Below the pieces are notes generated by a model. The model ran no database searches, was not told the origin of the DNA, and saw nothing but the letters and a program-made list of their open reading frames with translations. Source: a virus (Duplodnaviria > Caudoviricetes). Taken from it: 64,000 bases of DNA. The stretch is from the IMG/VR virus record IMGVR_UViG_3300029288_005873, positions 320,001 to 384,000 of that record; one strand, 5' to 3'. Below, piece after piece: positions 11,267 to 21,198 of the stretch (within the stretch, counting starts at the first letter, position 1; the number at the start of each line of letters is the position of its first letter). A program made the position numbers and the translations under genes.

Positions 11267-13360
11267 TTATCTCACTCCACTGTTTGAACCAACTGCCCCA
11301 AGAGGCTCCCTGGAATCCTGTGGCGCTGCGTCGGCAGGCTTGATGTCCGTAAAAACCAATGTCAATTTACGAGTCACATAATCAGGGGGACTAATAGACG
11401 TATCAAAGTCACTAATATATTGATCAGCCACAGTTGCCGTAACTTCTGCTGCCCCTGTTATTTTGCTCGTAAGCGTTGCCCTGAATTCCCCAGTTGATGC
11501 CCCATAAGCATCCATGACCTCTACAACCGAGGAAATTGTCCCAAATGTTGAGAAGGCCTTAACATCAACCACACCGGGTGGAAGATCGTCTGCAAGACGA
11601 TTTCCATTTATATCGATTGGGATGATGCTAATAACAATGTCCCCACCCGCTGTCTGAAAATATCTATTTGCTGATAGCAAAGATTTATCCCGACTAAGTA
11701 CACGAGGATAGATTTGTTCAGCATATAAAACTACGTCGTTTGCCAATGTCCCTAGAACATTTGACACACAGACACCAGCTGTAGCAGCGCCTTGTGCAAT
11801 ACTACCATAGTTGTCTATGATATATTGTGTATCAGCATCTATTGGCGCTATTGCTGTTATACATGCCATTGCAGCAGTAGCTGCTCCACTTATATCTGGA
11901 AGTTCTGGTATTGGAATGTCAAGGTAAGGGCTTCTGTTTTTAGCACCCCTTACTGCCGCCTTGACATCTGGATGACATCCCACACCAATCATATTGTGGC
12001 GCAAAAGTTCTTCATGATTTATACCAAGAACATATGAGAGCCCAGAGCCACTTGATGGAGCAGCAATTTTGCGCCATACCATTTTAGATCCTGGACCAGA
12101 AGCTGGATTATAAAGCCCAGATGCTAGCCAGGAGTTTGCTGTTAAATGGTCGATTTTTACATTGTATGCGTCATACGCAGATATAATTTGAAAAGTTCCA
12201 GAATTCTTGACAGCTCCAGTGCTGTCAGAATCCATTATTTCAAGCCACATGCCGTCATATCCATCACTACTGGAAAACTGTGGAGTCCTTGTTCCAAACC
12301 GGGCATATCGTCCAGGATTGAGATCATCTACATTTGCGGCACCATTCGAAGATCTGTATATACTTGATAGATAACCATCACTATGTTGCCTATCAGGTAT
12401 CCTCATAATATCAAGTGTTCCGTTTTCGCTTTCGTCCCCAGACACGATAACTGATGTAACAGCATAGTATCCATCACAATATAGATAATAAGGAATTTTC
12501 CTGTAATCTGTCACAGAGGCATAATCTATCCCATCTGGGAAAAACGAGGAGAGCGCAAGAAAATCCTCTTTATGAACTGCTGAAGCAAAACGCAGAAAAT
12601 AGCTTAAACTACTTCCCCCAAACATTGGCGTAACCGTCAAAACGCCGTCGGAGCCATTTAACGTGAAATTCTCAAACACCTCTGGACACTGGTCGTCTCC
12701 ACAACCTCCGCAAGATCCTCCACTCCCTCCACAAGGAATGCCTATACCAAGACCCAAAAGCGCCTTTACCATAGCTAAAATTGCATCAAGAGCAGCCATG
12801 ATGCCAACAACATTCATAAGTTCCCTTAAAAGGGAGACAATTTTGAATGCTACGGCGTTGACAGCTTGCTGATTTCCAGTCGACATAGCATCAATGAGAT
12901 CCTGGATATTTGATATAATATCCTGGATAAGAGGAATTATAACCGTTATAACATATGTTACAATTGCTAGAATGATCTTTATTAGGCACAATATCATTGC
13001 CGGTATTGCTAGCTGAGGCAGTATAAGTATAAAATCAGGTATACACGATCCGAATAAACGTATAACGGCAGCAATTAAAGAAAATGGATTAGTAAGAGCG
13101 CATATAACATCAATAATACAGGTCACCAGCTTCATAACCACTGTCAACATGCTATATCCAGCAGCAAAAGCAGAAAGAAGTTTAGCCTGGTCGGCGATTA
13201 TATCGCCCATATTGAATCCCGTTATTGGTTGGATACTCGGCTTTATTATAGCACCAGCTGGACATGTACATGACATAGAGCGCACAAGCTCAGGATATGT
13301 CTTGTCAATACCGCCATTGGTTGGCAAGGGAAACAGTGTTCTAATGCTTGGTGACGTCAT
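11267..13360 (-). CDS. Baseplate-region protein with a hydrophobic Cys-rich helical N-terminus and an Ig-like C-terminus
   Basis: 697 aa ORF. About 150 aa of apolar helices, then CGGSGGSCGGCGDDQC. C-terminal TGEFRATLTSKITGAAEVTATV resembles a bacterial Ig-like (invasin) strand pattern. Confidence 0.7.
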   Translation of the reverse strand: MTSPSIRTLFPLPTNGGIDKTYPELVRSMSCTCPAGAIIKPSIQPITGFNMGDIIADQAKLLSAFAAGYSMLTVVMKLVTCIIDVICALTNPFSLIAAVIRLFGSCIPDFILILPQLAIPAMILCLIKIILAIVTYVITVIIPLIQDIISNIQDLIDAMSTGNQQAVNAVAFKIVSLLRELMNVVGIMAALDAILAMVKALLGLGIGIPCGGSGGSCGGCGDDQCPEVFENFTLNGSDGVLTVTPMFGGSSLSYFLRFASAVHKEDFLALSSFFPDGIDYASVTDYRKIPYYLYCDGYYAVTSVIVSGDESENGTLDIMRIPDRQHSDGYLSSIYRSSNGAANVDDLNPGRYARFGTRTPQFSSSDGYDGMWLEIMDSDSTGAVKNSGTFQIISAYDAYNVKIDHLTANSWLASGLYNPASGPGSKMVWRKIAAPSSGSGLSYVLGINHEELLRHNMIGVGCHPDVKAAVRGAKNRSPYLDIPIPELPDISGAATAAMACITAIAPIDADTQYIIDNYGSIAQGAATAGVCVSNVLGTLANDVVLYAEQIYPRVLSRDKSLLSANRYFQTAGGDIVISIIPIDINGNRLADDLPPGVVDVKAFSTFGTISSVVEVMDAYGASTGEFRATLTSKITGAAEVTATVADQYISDFDTSISPPDYVTRKLTLVFTDIKPADAAPQDSREPLGAVGSNSGVR

Positions 13361-13369
13361 CTATATCCT

Positions 13370-15616
13370 CTACATTGTCTTATTAGATGTGGTTTTCCTG
13401 AGAACGATTCTCTGCTGGTCGCCTTTATAGAATACCACCGATTTTGCGTCAAGTACTATTTGTCCACCACTCTGTAAAATCATATCCATGGTAGACTTCA
13501 TGCTCAACTGACCAGTTGCCTGTATACTTACGCCATTTTCATCTATAATGATCTGCTGGTCTAGGTTATCACTATCTGTGTCTGGACCTGTCCTTTCGGC
13601 ATTCGCTCTACGTACACAGAGCACAACTTTTCCAGCCCTAAATACTTTTGTATCTTTCGGCAACGTTATTTCGCGATTAGCGAAACGCTGATCAACCGCA
13701 GAAGCATCCGAACCTACAAAATCATATCCGCCAATATCCATGGCTAGATATCCGTCCATCTGTAGTAGGGCACTCCTACCATACCTATCTCTGCCTATCC
13801 TTGCGACTATTCCTCCGGCCGTATCTAATATCCACGATAAGCGATCTACAGTATTTGCGCCAATGGATATTTCCAAACTACCATCCATGTTTGCATGAAG
13901 ACTTCGTCCTCCAGCATTGGGATAGTTTACTGGACAACCCGTTACATCTCTCTTGACGTTTTCGCCCGAATTCGAAAGAAAACCTTGGACTATTTCACCA
14001 TGTAGGGCAGGACCATCTGGGGATGGAGTTGGTGCGTCCTTATCAACAATCTCATAAGATGCTTTATTCATCGACGAAGCAAGAAGTCTGGATGCCGTAC
14101 GCGTAATATCGTGAAATGCGGTTCCAGCATGTACTTTTGCTGGTAATGAAATCTTAGTATTATCAACAAAACTTGTGTCCTTTCCAGCCAGTCTGTTGTT
14201 TGGTGATTGAATTGTTTGGGAGGGTGCCTGAGTTACGGAAATCCCTCCAGGTCCAAACTGGTCAAGAAAGATATCTGGACGTTGTTGACCAGCCTCAAGG
14301 TCATTACGAAACAACTTCTTTGTGCCGTTCTCGTCGCGCCCATTTACTTCAGGATTGCCATTCTCATCCACCTCTATAGAACTTGAACTTTCATGCCGTA
14401 CAAGAAGTGGCACATTACCAGTTTCGGATGTAGCTGGTATGTTTAGTTTAGTCAAACCTTCTTTATCTACATCTATAAACCAGCGGCTACGATCACGCGC
14501 ATTGTCTGAAGATTCCGATGGATCTGGTATGTCAACAAGATCTGGAATTCCAGGACCGCGATAGGACCACCCTTTTCTTGTGTTTATCTCCCTATGTAGA
14601 ACTACAGAATGCCTGGTGTTCTCTATCATACTTTCTAGAAGTGTATGAGGATCTGAACCAGTTGGTGGAAGGATAATGTTTCTATTTATGTCAAGAATGT
14701 TTCCAAACACATCAACCAATGTGCCATCAACAGATTCCATAAGTTCATTAGGGAATGACAAAGAAAGGCTAAGTATATTGCTACGTCGTTCTCGCCTATC
14801 AGAGAAAACGCGAACAGGAAGGATTCCCTCACGAAGCATTCTCTCTTCTTCCTGTTTAGTATCAACATTCCATCCCGTTCCAAATTCATACATGACGCGA
14901 CGATTCTCAACAAAAGGAGGATTTCTAAATGCAGCAACGGCAGCATTCTGACCACCATTTGTTGTTCGCCTAGTACCATGTGTAACATCCTGTATCGGAT
15001 TACGTCCTACCTCCTCAAGAAGATGTTCAGCATCTAGATCAAACATAAGATCATAGGCCGCAGCATCAAGAGATTCTTCATTGGGTCGCATATCGCGCCT
15101 AATTATTCCTTGTGCCTCTAGTCCCATTTGGGAAAGTGTATATGATACTGGGGGTAGACGCATAATAGCGCATCGATGTGCTTCATCTTGATCATCACCG
15201 ATTAAAAACCCCTCCCAAGCGCTATTTTTCAGCGATATATCTCCAGACGAACTAAACCTGAATTGACCACCCGTAGGTCCTTGTAGTACAATTTCACCCT
15301 CCTCCAAAGAAGGAGGATTGACATCGTCAAAATACATCTCGGCAATATCAGACAAGTCCGCAGCGTAAAATCCACGCAATGGTATGACGGCAACCGGAAT
15401 AAAGCGCGCATTTGAAGCTCTAGTGAGCGCAACAAGTGAACCTTTGCGCAGACCCACATAAATTCCCTCTCCACGCCCAGAAAATGGATGTGGCAGCGGA
15501 ATGGTGGGACCATCCTCATCATCATCAAGCCATCTGGTCTGAGCCTGCCCAGTACTAAAGTCTACTGAGGTAACAATTGCCAAACGTGTCTGTAGATTAT
15601 GAAACCTGCTGGTCAT
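13370..15616 (-). CDS. Baseplate central spike (gpV/gp5/VgrG C-terminal-like)
   Basis: Start reassigned to ATG 15616 (ATGA overlap with the hub stop). N-terminal OB-fold-like RLAIVTSVDFSTGQAQTRW...GIYVGLRKGSLVAL; C-terminal beta-helix-like IIIDENGVSIQATGQLSMKS...IVLDAKSV. Follows the hub gene. Confidence 0.65.
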   Translation of the reverse strand: MTSRFHNLQTRLAIVTSVDFSTGQAQTRWLDDDEDGPTIPLPHPFSGRGEGIYVGLRKGSLVALTRASNARFIPVAVIPLRGFYAADLSDIAEMYFDDVNPPSLEEGEIVLQGPTGGQFRFSSSGDISLKNSAWEGFLIGDDQDEAHRCAIMRLPPVSYTLSQMGLEAQGIIRRDMRPNEESLDAAAYDLMFDLDAEHLLEEVGRNPIQDVTHGTRRTTNGGQNAAVAAFRNPPFVENRRVMYEFGTGWNVDTKQEEERMLREGILPVRVFSDRRERRSNILSLSLSFPNELMESVDGTLVDVFGNILDINRNIILPPTGSDPHTLLESMIENTRHSVVLHREINTRKGWSYRGPGIPDLVDIPDPSESSDNARDRSRWFIDVDKEGLTKLNIPATSETGNVPLLVRHESSSSIEVDENGNPEVNGRDENGTKKLFRNDLEAGQQRPDIFLDQFGPGGISVTQAPSQTIQSPNNRLAGKDTSFVDNTKISLPAKVHAGTAFHDITRTASRLLASSMNKASYEIVDKDAPTPSPDGPALHGEIVQGFLSNSGENVKRDVTGCPVNYPNAGGRSLHANMDGSLEISIGANTVDRLSWILDTAGGIVARIGRDRYGRSALLQMDGYLAMDIGGYDFVGSDASAVDQRFANREITLPKDTKVFRAGKVVLCVRRANAERTGPDTDSDNLDQQIIIDENGVSIQATGQLSMKSTMDMILQSGGQIVLDAKSVVFYKGDQQRIVLRKTTSNKTM

Positions 15617-18600
15617 TTTCCAGACTCCTGCGACCATCCACCAACTGGAGGTTGTCTAAGCCGCACTTCAACCACGCTGTCAAGAGTATCATCTAATGTC
15701 CACGACTGATCACTAGCAGCCACACCAGCTTTCAGAAGGTCAAGATCAGTCTTGCTTAAACCAGAGGCATTTGCTGCCAACTGTTGTAGCCAATCCTGCT
15801 GTATAAGTTTCTGTGGTACTGCTGTATTTACCGCATTAGGACTACCCATTACAGCACTGGCGGCCGAAGAGAACCCGTCGCTTTTTTCTCCAGGAGCTAC
15901 AGGTTGCGACAACCAATTAGCCACTGTTGCCATGCGATCTTTTTGGCTAGATTCGTTCGAAGAACTGCCAAAAGCTATAACCACAATGCGTGGACTAATA
16001 TCGGGCTTGTTTGGGTCTAATAGGTTCTTAGCAACATTAAGAACATTTAGAAGCATCTGATAATTTCTCGTTCCATCCTGCCCACCAAGCAAACCTGTCT
16101 GTCCAGTCTCATTTGGAGAAAATCTTAAAGCAGCAAGCACCGTATCCGTTCCAGAACGGCTACGTCGTACTCTAAATGCGCCTTGGGCATTTGCTTTATT
16201 TGACAAACCTTTGCCTATAACATCCAAAGGAGTAGGTATGTATTCTCCAGGAGCATGACCATATGTAAGAGTTAAATTGGTTGAGAATCCATTCTCATAT
16301 GTAAAATTGTGTCCAACTCCATTTACATAGAATAACATCTGTAGGTCTGGGAGATAAACAACATCACCAAGCTGATAGAACTCATTCCCAACAACCTCTG
16401 CACTTCCACTTAGTATCTCTTTATATTGACGCGTCAAAAGCATTTTAGCATATGGTGCGCATTGAGTCTCAGCATTCCAGAAAAAGGGCTTCTCGAAATT
16501 CGGCTCCTGCCTAAAACCATATTGCCTCCAAAGGTCGAAATCTACCCCCACAGCTTTGTACATTGGAAAGTTTCCCGCTATAAGTCCACCGGGCTGACCA
16601 ACAAAGGCATCCGTACCAGTAACCGAGCATACTGTAAATGTAGGGGGCTTCTCATCAACTTTATATGTGTGTAGGTTCTCATCAGACAATATAAACCTTC
16701 TACCTGATAGGTGACCAAGAACACTCTGTGTATCATCCTCGATCATCTTCTCAAAAAGAGCCGAAGGTCTTGTAGATGTATTAGACCAACCTGGGGCTGA
16801 TTGAATTGCTCCACCACTATTTACGCTGGCTATTTCAACACTTTGCTCGAATGTTTTACCAAGAACGCGAAGAAGTTTTGAGCGTATACCAACTTGTTCA
16901 GCTATCCTATCCGTAATAGACGAAACATCGCTAGCTGGTGTTTGTTTGCCGTTCCTTATGGCGCCAACTTTTGCCTCATCAAAGGCTGGAAAGCTTCGTT
17001 TTGGCTGACCTGTTAGCTTTACAAGGTTATCTACCTGTTCATCATAGAAACTTGAACTGCCAATCGCGGCACCCGTAGGTGACACTTCGCTCTTCACCAA
17101 ATTGGCTTGAGCAACAGCCGAAAAAAGACCAGATCCATATGACGACACTCCGCTCCCAGTAGATACCAACTCTTGTAATTTTGCGAGTTCAACTTCGTTA
17201 ATTGCTTGGTCCTTAGTTACAGCAGCTGACCACGATCCTTCTATTAGTAATTGGGCTGAACCACTACCATTCCTAGATAGCGAACCTTTGAATATCATAG
17301 CTTTAGCTGATTCATTATCCGTTGCCCCAAGAAGCGCAGCTTGACGCAACATTTCATATTCGGCTGCCCTAATATCATTCATCAATGAATCAACACGATT
17401 TGATACCAGCTTCTCCAGGAAATCTGGAAAAATCTTTATTCCTGAGTTCGCATTTAGCGCAAGCATAGCATTCAAAACAGTAAGTGGAACACGATTGTAC
17501 TGAGGGGGTCGAAGCTCAAGATGACCCGACGAGTTACAGAAAAATTCCAGATCCATGGTATCCGCAGCCTTTTTACAAAGTTCGTACACCGAATCTCTGG
17601 TATTCTTCCACATCTCTGGGCTCTGGTCCCGTAAACTAAGCGCAAATGCCTGAACGTCGAAATCTTTATCATATTCCTCAGATACGATGAGGAAATTCTT
17701 GTCCCTGTTATACATTACATCTTCGCGGCGACGCTGGCTGACGAAAAGCATCCGATCTCCAAAAAGCTTAGCATCATCCGTATCGGTTGGATTAACTAAG
17801 TCGAAACCTATATCGTCTCCAGCTATACGCCAAGTGGATGGATTGTTCTGGACAAGATCATTAAAAACATTCTCTTCACTATCAAGCTTGCTTTTGAGTC
17901 TCGCTTGCTCACGTTCCAAGGCGCTTTTGCTTTGGAAATAAAGAGGATCACGCTGACGACCCGTTTCATTGAGGTTTGCGAAAGAATTCTCAAGATTCAT
18001 AATATCGTCGGAAACCTTAGCATATTGGCTAACAGTTTGCCTAAGTTGTGCCGACTTTTGCGTAAGACGTTGCTGAGTGGATATAGCCTGAGCAAGGTCT
18101 TTTCTATCCGCATTTACAACTTTGAAGGGAGCAAAATTTCCTTGTACAAGGTTTAGTGACTTCTGGACATCCAACAAACTATGAAAATAGTCCCTTCCAC
18201 TATTCAAGGTTGTGTCTAGAGAGAAAGAGCCAGAATTAAGGGCGCTAGATACGAATGTGGCAGTGTTGTGCGGATAACCAGTTACCAGAGAACTTATAAT
18301 ATTTGCTATGTCCATATTAGCCATGGCAACATTTGCCGCAAAAAAACCAATATCGCGACGTAGCTGACGTTCGTTCGCCTTGGTTGGATCAAGGGGATCA
18401 GTAGTAGACATGTCGTATGTCATTGTTACAATTCCCTCTTTCCATCGATATTTTAACCCTGGAGGCATTTCGTATATTGGAATAAGCGATCCTCCAATTA
18501 CTTGTATATCCTGCTGCATTTGATCAAGACTACTAATGCTATCGCCCCTATTCCTACCATGTGTAGCAAAAATACCATTGTTTAGCAATTTTGTATTTGT

Positions 18601-20346
18601 ATCAGATAATACAGCCCTACCAACAGGAAGACCTGTGGCAGGATCGGTATCAAACTTAAATGGTGTAAGTGGGTCATATATGATACCTTCAGTCTGCTGT
18701 AGAGCTGGTTGTTGATTATATTTGGATATTTTCAACCACTCCATATTCGAAGTAGCAGACACGGAAACTTCATATTTGCCAGCCTCAGCATTGTATGACC
18801 CAGAGGCACTCATAGTGAGACCGCCAAAAACCGGAGCACCCGGAGCTCCAGCTATTGAATATAACTTTTTGAAGTCATCAAAATTAAGCCATTTTCCACT
18901 GCGTTCCCATGCAACTCTTAACAATGGTTCGTCTATCTGCCATGTCTCTTGTAAACCAAGAGCTTGACCAAGTGATGAAAGCGGATCTGTGTCAACAGAT
19001 GTTCCGATATCAGCAGCCTCACCAGAAAGTCTAGAACCACTGTCAATAAAGATATAAATGGCATCCATTGGCTGTATGACAAGTTTACCCATATAGAACT
19101 TTCGCATCATGCTTCTGGCATAACGCATTGATTCCCTAGTTGTAGCATCGTCGCCACCGCTAACTTGTAAACCATCCATTAGATTTCGCCTAGTAGACAT
19201 AGAATAAGCTTCAAGGTTGTTCAAAATAAGCTTTACTAAACTCTTCTCATTTGAACTCAAAGTGTGCGGTTCAGGAACCATGTCCAAATTATCCGCCGTA
19301 AGTGTCATACCTACGGCATCAAGTGTAGCTGAGGCTCCTTGTCCAGACACGCTTACAGAGAATGATATTGAGCTTTTTTTGGAACTGCGACGACTTTCCG
19401 TTAATTGGGCATCCTGTCTTTGCGCGTTTGCCAAAGCTAGACCGGCTGCTTTGTCCAAAACATTCACTAATTTAGAAAGTGCTGTATCACGCAAAGCCAT
19501 TTCTATGTCGTTCTCTGAAATTCTAAGTATATTATATGGATTTTCAAGCGTTAGACTACATGTACCCTCGCCACCTATAGATAGATTTGTATTAAGCGCA
19601 GACACCAATGTTAATTCGAATACTCCACTACCAGCTCCAAGCTTAGGATCGAATGGAACATCTGGATCATAGAACCAAGTCGTTACATCTACAGGCTGTC
19701 TGTCTCTTATTGCTTTCTCTAGGTTGCGCATAGATGTAAAAAATCCCACTTGCGAATCCGAGGATTGTGTATCATCCAACTCTGCTGCGAAACCACTTAT
19801 CAATGAGGCAAGTGCAGATCCTGCGGTCGAACCTCCCTCAGCCAGTTTTTTAATTTTCGAAAGACGCTCATAATCAGCTATTTCTGCGCATTTCCTAGCA
19901 AACAACCTTTTGGTTGCGCGAAATAGCCATTGTTCAGCATCATCCATGAGAGTGGGATCATATAGATGGTTTAGTGATGCAAAGGCTCGTTTCTTCACCA
20001 GAACGCTTAGAATAGGCGTTTGGTTAGTAACGCGCATTACAGAAGCACCCTCCATTGGAGATAATAAACCTCCAGAAGGAGCACCACCACCTGGAATAAC
20101 AGTATGACCACTACCGGTAAAGTTCTTGTCGAAAATCTCGGCATTGGCACTATACAATCTATCTAAAACCCCACCCATAGCATCTTGGACAGAACTTAGA
20201 AAATCGCTACCACCGCGTAGTTTTGTACCATTTGGTGCGTTGAAAAGGTCGGGTTGCCCAATAGAGGATCCAAATTCACGAAGTAGTGATCCGAATCCGT
20301 CCCCAGAAGATATATCGGCCTGAGCCGAGGAGATAATTATAGACAC
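15613..20346 (-). CDS. Baseplate hub protein (gp27/gpD-like) with large insertions (1577 aa)
   Basis: Hub-like segments GTCSLTLENPY, LEFFCNSSGHLELRPPQYN and GSAEVVGNEFYQLGDVVYLPDLQMLFYVNGVGHNFTYENGFSTNLTLTYGH; position between tube initiator and spike. Confidence 0.7.
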   Translation of the reverse strand: MSIIISSAQADISSGDGFGSLLREFGSSIGQPDLFNAPNGTKLRGGSDFLSSVQDAMGGVLDRLYSANAEIFDKNFTGSGHTVIPGGGAPSGGLLSPMEGASVMRVTNQTPILSVLVKKRAFASLNHLYDPTLMDDAEQWLFRATKRLFARKCAEIADYERLSKIKKLAEGGSTAGSALASLISGFAAELDDTQSSDSQVGFFTSMRNLEKAIRDRQPVDVTTWFYDPDVPFDPKLGAGSGVFELTLVSALNTNLSIGGEGTCSLTLENPYNILRISENDIEMALRDTALSKLVNVLDKAAGLALANAQRQDAQLTESRRSSKKSSISFSVSVSGQGASATLDAVGMTLTADNLDMVPEPHTLSSNEKSLVKLILNNLEAYSMSTRRNLMDGLQVSGGDDATTRESMRYARSMMRKFYMGKLVIQPMDAIYIFIDSGSRLSGEAADIGTSVDTDPLSSLGQALGLQETWQIDEPLLRVAWERSGKWLNFDDFKKLYSIAGAPGAPVFGGLTMSASGSYNAEAGKYEVSVSATSNMEWLKISKYNQQPALQQTEGIIYDPLTPFKFDTDPATGLPVGRAVLSDTNTKLLNNGIFATHGRNRGDSISSLDQMQQDIQVIGGSLIPIYEMPPGLKYRWKEGIVTMTYDMSTTDPLDPTKANERQLRRDIGFFAANVAMANMDIANIISSLVTGYPHNTATFVSSALNSGSFSLDTTLNSGRDYFHSLLDVQKSLNLVQGNFAPFKVVNADRKDLAQAISTQQRLTQKSAQLRQTVSQYAKVSDDIMNLENSFANLNETGRQRDPLYFQSKSALEREQARLKSKLDSEENVFNDLVQNNPSTWRIAGDDIGFDLVNPTDTDDAKLFGDRMLFVSQRRREDVMYNRDKNFLIVSEEYDKDFDVQAFALSLRDQSPEMWKNTRDSVYELCKKAADTMDLEFFCNSSGHLELRPPQYNRVPLTVLNAMLALNANSGIKIFPDFLEKLVSNRVDSLMNDIRAAEYEMLRQAALLGATDNESAKAMIFKGSLSRNGSGSAQLLIEGSWSAAVTKDQAINEVELAKLQELVSTGSGVSSYGSGLFSAVAQANLVKSEVSPTGAAIGSSSFYDEQVDNLVKLTGQPKRSFPAFDEAKVGAIRNGKQTPASDVSSITDRIAEQVGIRSKLLRVLGKTFEQSVEIASVNSGGAIQSAPGWSNTSTRPSALFEKMIEDDTQSVLGHLSGRRFILSDENLHTYKVDEKPPTFTVCSVTGTDAFVGQPGGLIAGNFPMYKAVGVDFDLWRQYGFRQEPNFEKPFFWNAETQCAPYAKMLLTRQYKEILSGSAEVVGNEFYQLGDVVYLPDLQMLFYVNGVGHNFTYENGFSTNLTLTYGHAPGEYIPTPLDVIGKGLSNKANAQGAFRVRRSRSGTDTVLAALRFSPNETGQTGLLGGQDGTRNYQMLLNVLNVAKNLLDPNKPDISPRIVVIAFGSSSNESSQKDRMATVANWLSQPVAPGEKSDGFSSAASAVMGSPNAVNTAVPQKLIQQDWLQQLAANASGLSKTDLDLLKAGVAASDQSWTLDDTLDSVVEVRLRQPPVGGWSQESGK

Positions 20347-21177
20347 TTACTCCTCCCCCTTGAAGGTAAGTGGGGTTGTCTCATAGTCTGAATGCCTATA
20401 GTTTATTGGCTTACCAGTCGTCTGGTCTATATCTGCGGGAGACCTGTGCCATCCTACGAAATTGGTACGTGTACCTCTCCTGTCAGTAACCTGGAAAGAC
20501 ATCTGGTATGTAAAAACTCCAACTCCTTGTTGTACACTTTCTTCTATAGAGAAATCAATAAAGTATCCCTTAAAAACCCATCCTTGAAAATACATCTCAA
20601 CTGCCAAGGCAAGAGAACCCAAGGTAGGAAGAAGGGGAGGATTTACACCCGGACCAAAAAGACCAGCTATGGCGCTACCAATAGCTTTACCTGGGTTTGA
20701 AACTGCTGCTTGTATACTCCCAGTAATACTTCCAAGAGAAAAACTACCTAGACGGTCGGAAAGAGATTGAGCAACTTTCTCAAATGCTTTCTGTTCGGCA
20801 AGGTATACATCCCGCAGAATGTTTATGCCCTCAATCCCAGATGCACCAGTTGTTCCACTGATTATTACAGCGGGAAACTCAAGACCCCAGTATTGAACTA
20901 TGTATCCACCCTTTGTTCTGCGTTTTGAGATAACCTTTTTTTCCTGTATTCTCATCTGCTGTGGGTTGATATACATATCGACATAACCAAGGTCTGGAAC
21001 GCGCCAACGCATAAGCTGTCTCTTGCGAGAGCCGTTCGGCATTTGCTGATTATTAGAAACAATTGAAGGAAGCTGTGGGTCCCCTTCGCGTATATTTCCC
21101 TTATCACGCAATGGATCAGTTGCTGGATCCTGCGCTGGATTTACTGTTATTTGCTGACCAACGGTTGATATAGCCAT
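20347..21177 (-). CDS. Tail tube initiator / baseplate-tube junction protein
   Basis: MYINPQQMRIQEKK...TKGGYIVQYWG...ISGTTG and MYFQGWVFKGYFIDFSIEES...FTYQMSFQV; lies directly after the tape measure. Confidence 0.65.
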   Translation of the reverse strand: MAISTVGQQITVNPAQDPATDPLRDKGNIREGDPQLPSIVSNNQQMPNGSRKRQLMRWRVPDLGYVDMYINPQQMRIQEKKVISKRRTKGGYIVQYWGLEFPAVIISGTTGASGIEGINILRDVYLAEQKAFEKVAQSLSDRLGSFSLGSITGSIQAAVSNPGKAIGSAIAGLFGPGVNPPLLPTLGSLALAVEMYFQGWVFKGYFIDFSIEESVQQGVGVFTYQMSFQVTDRRGTRTNFVGWHRSPADIDQTTGKPINYRHSDYETTPLTFKGEE

Positions 21178-21198
21178 CAGGTCCTCAATAAGACAAAA

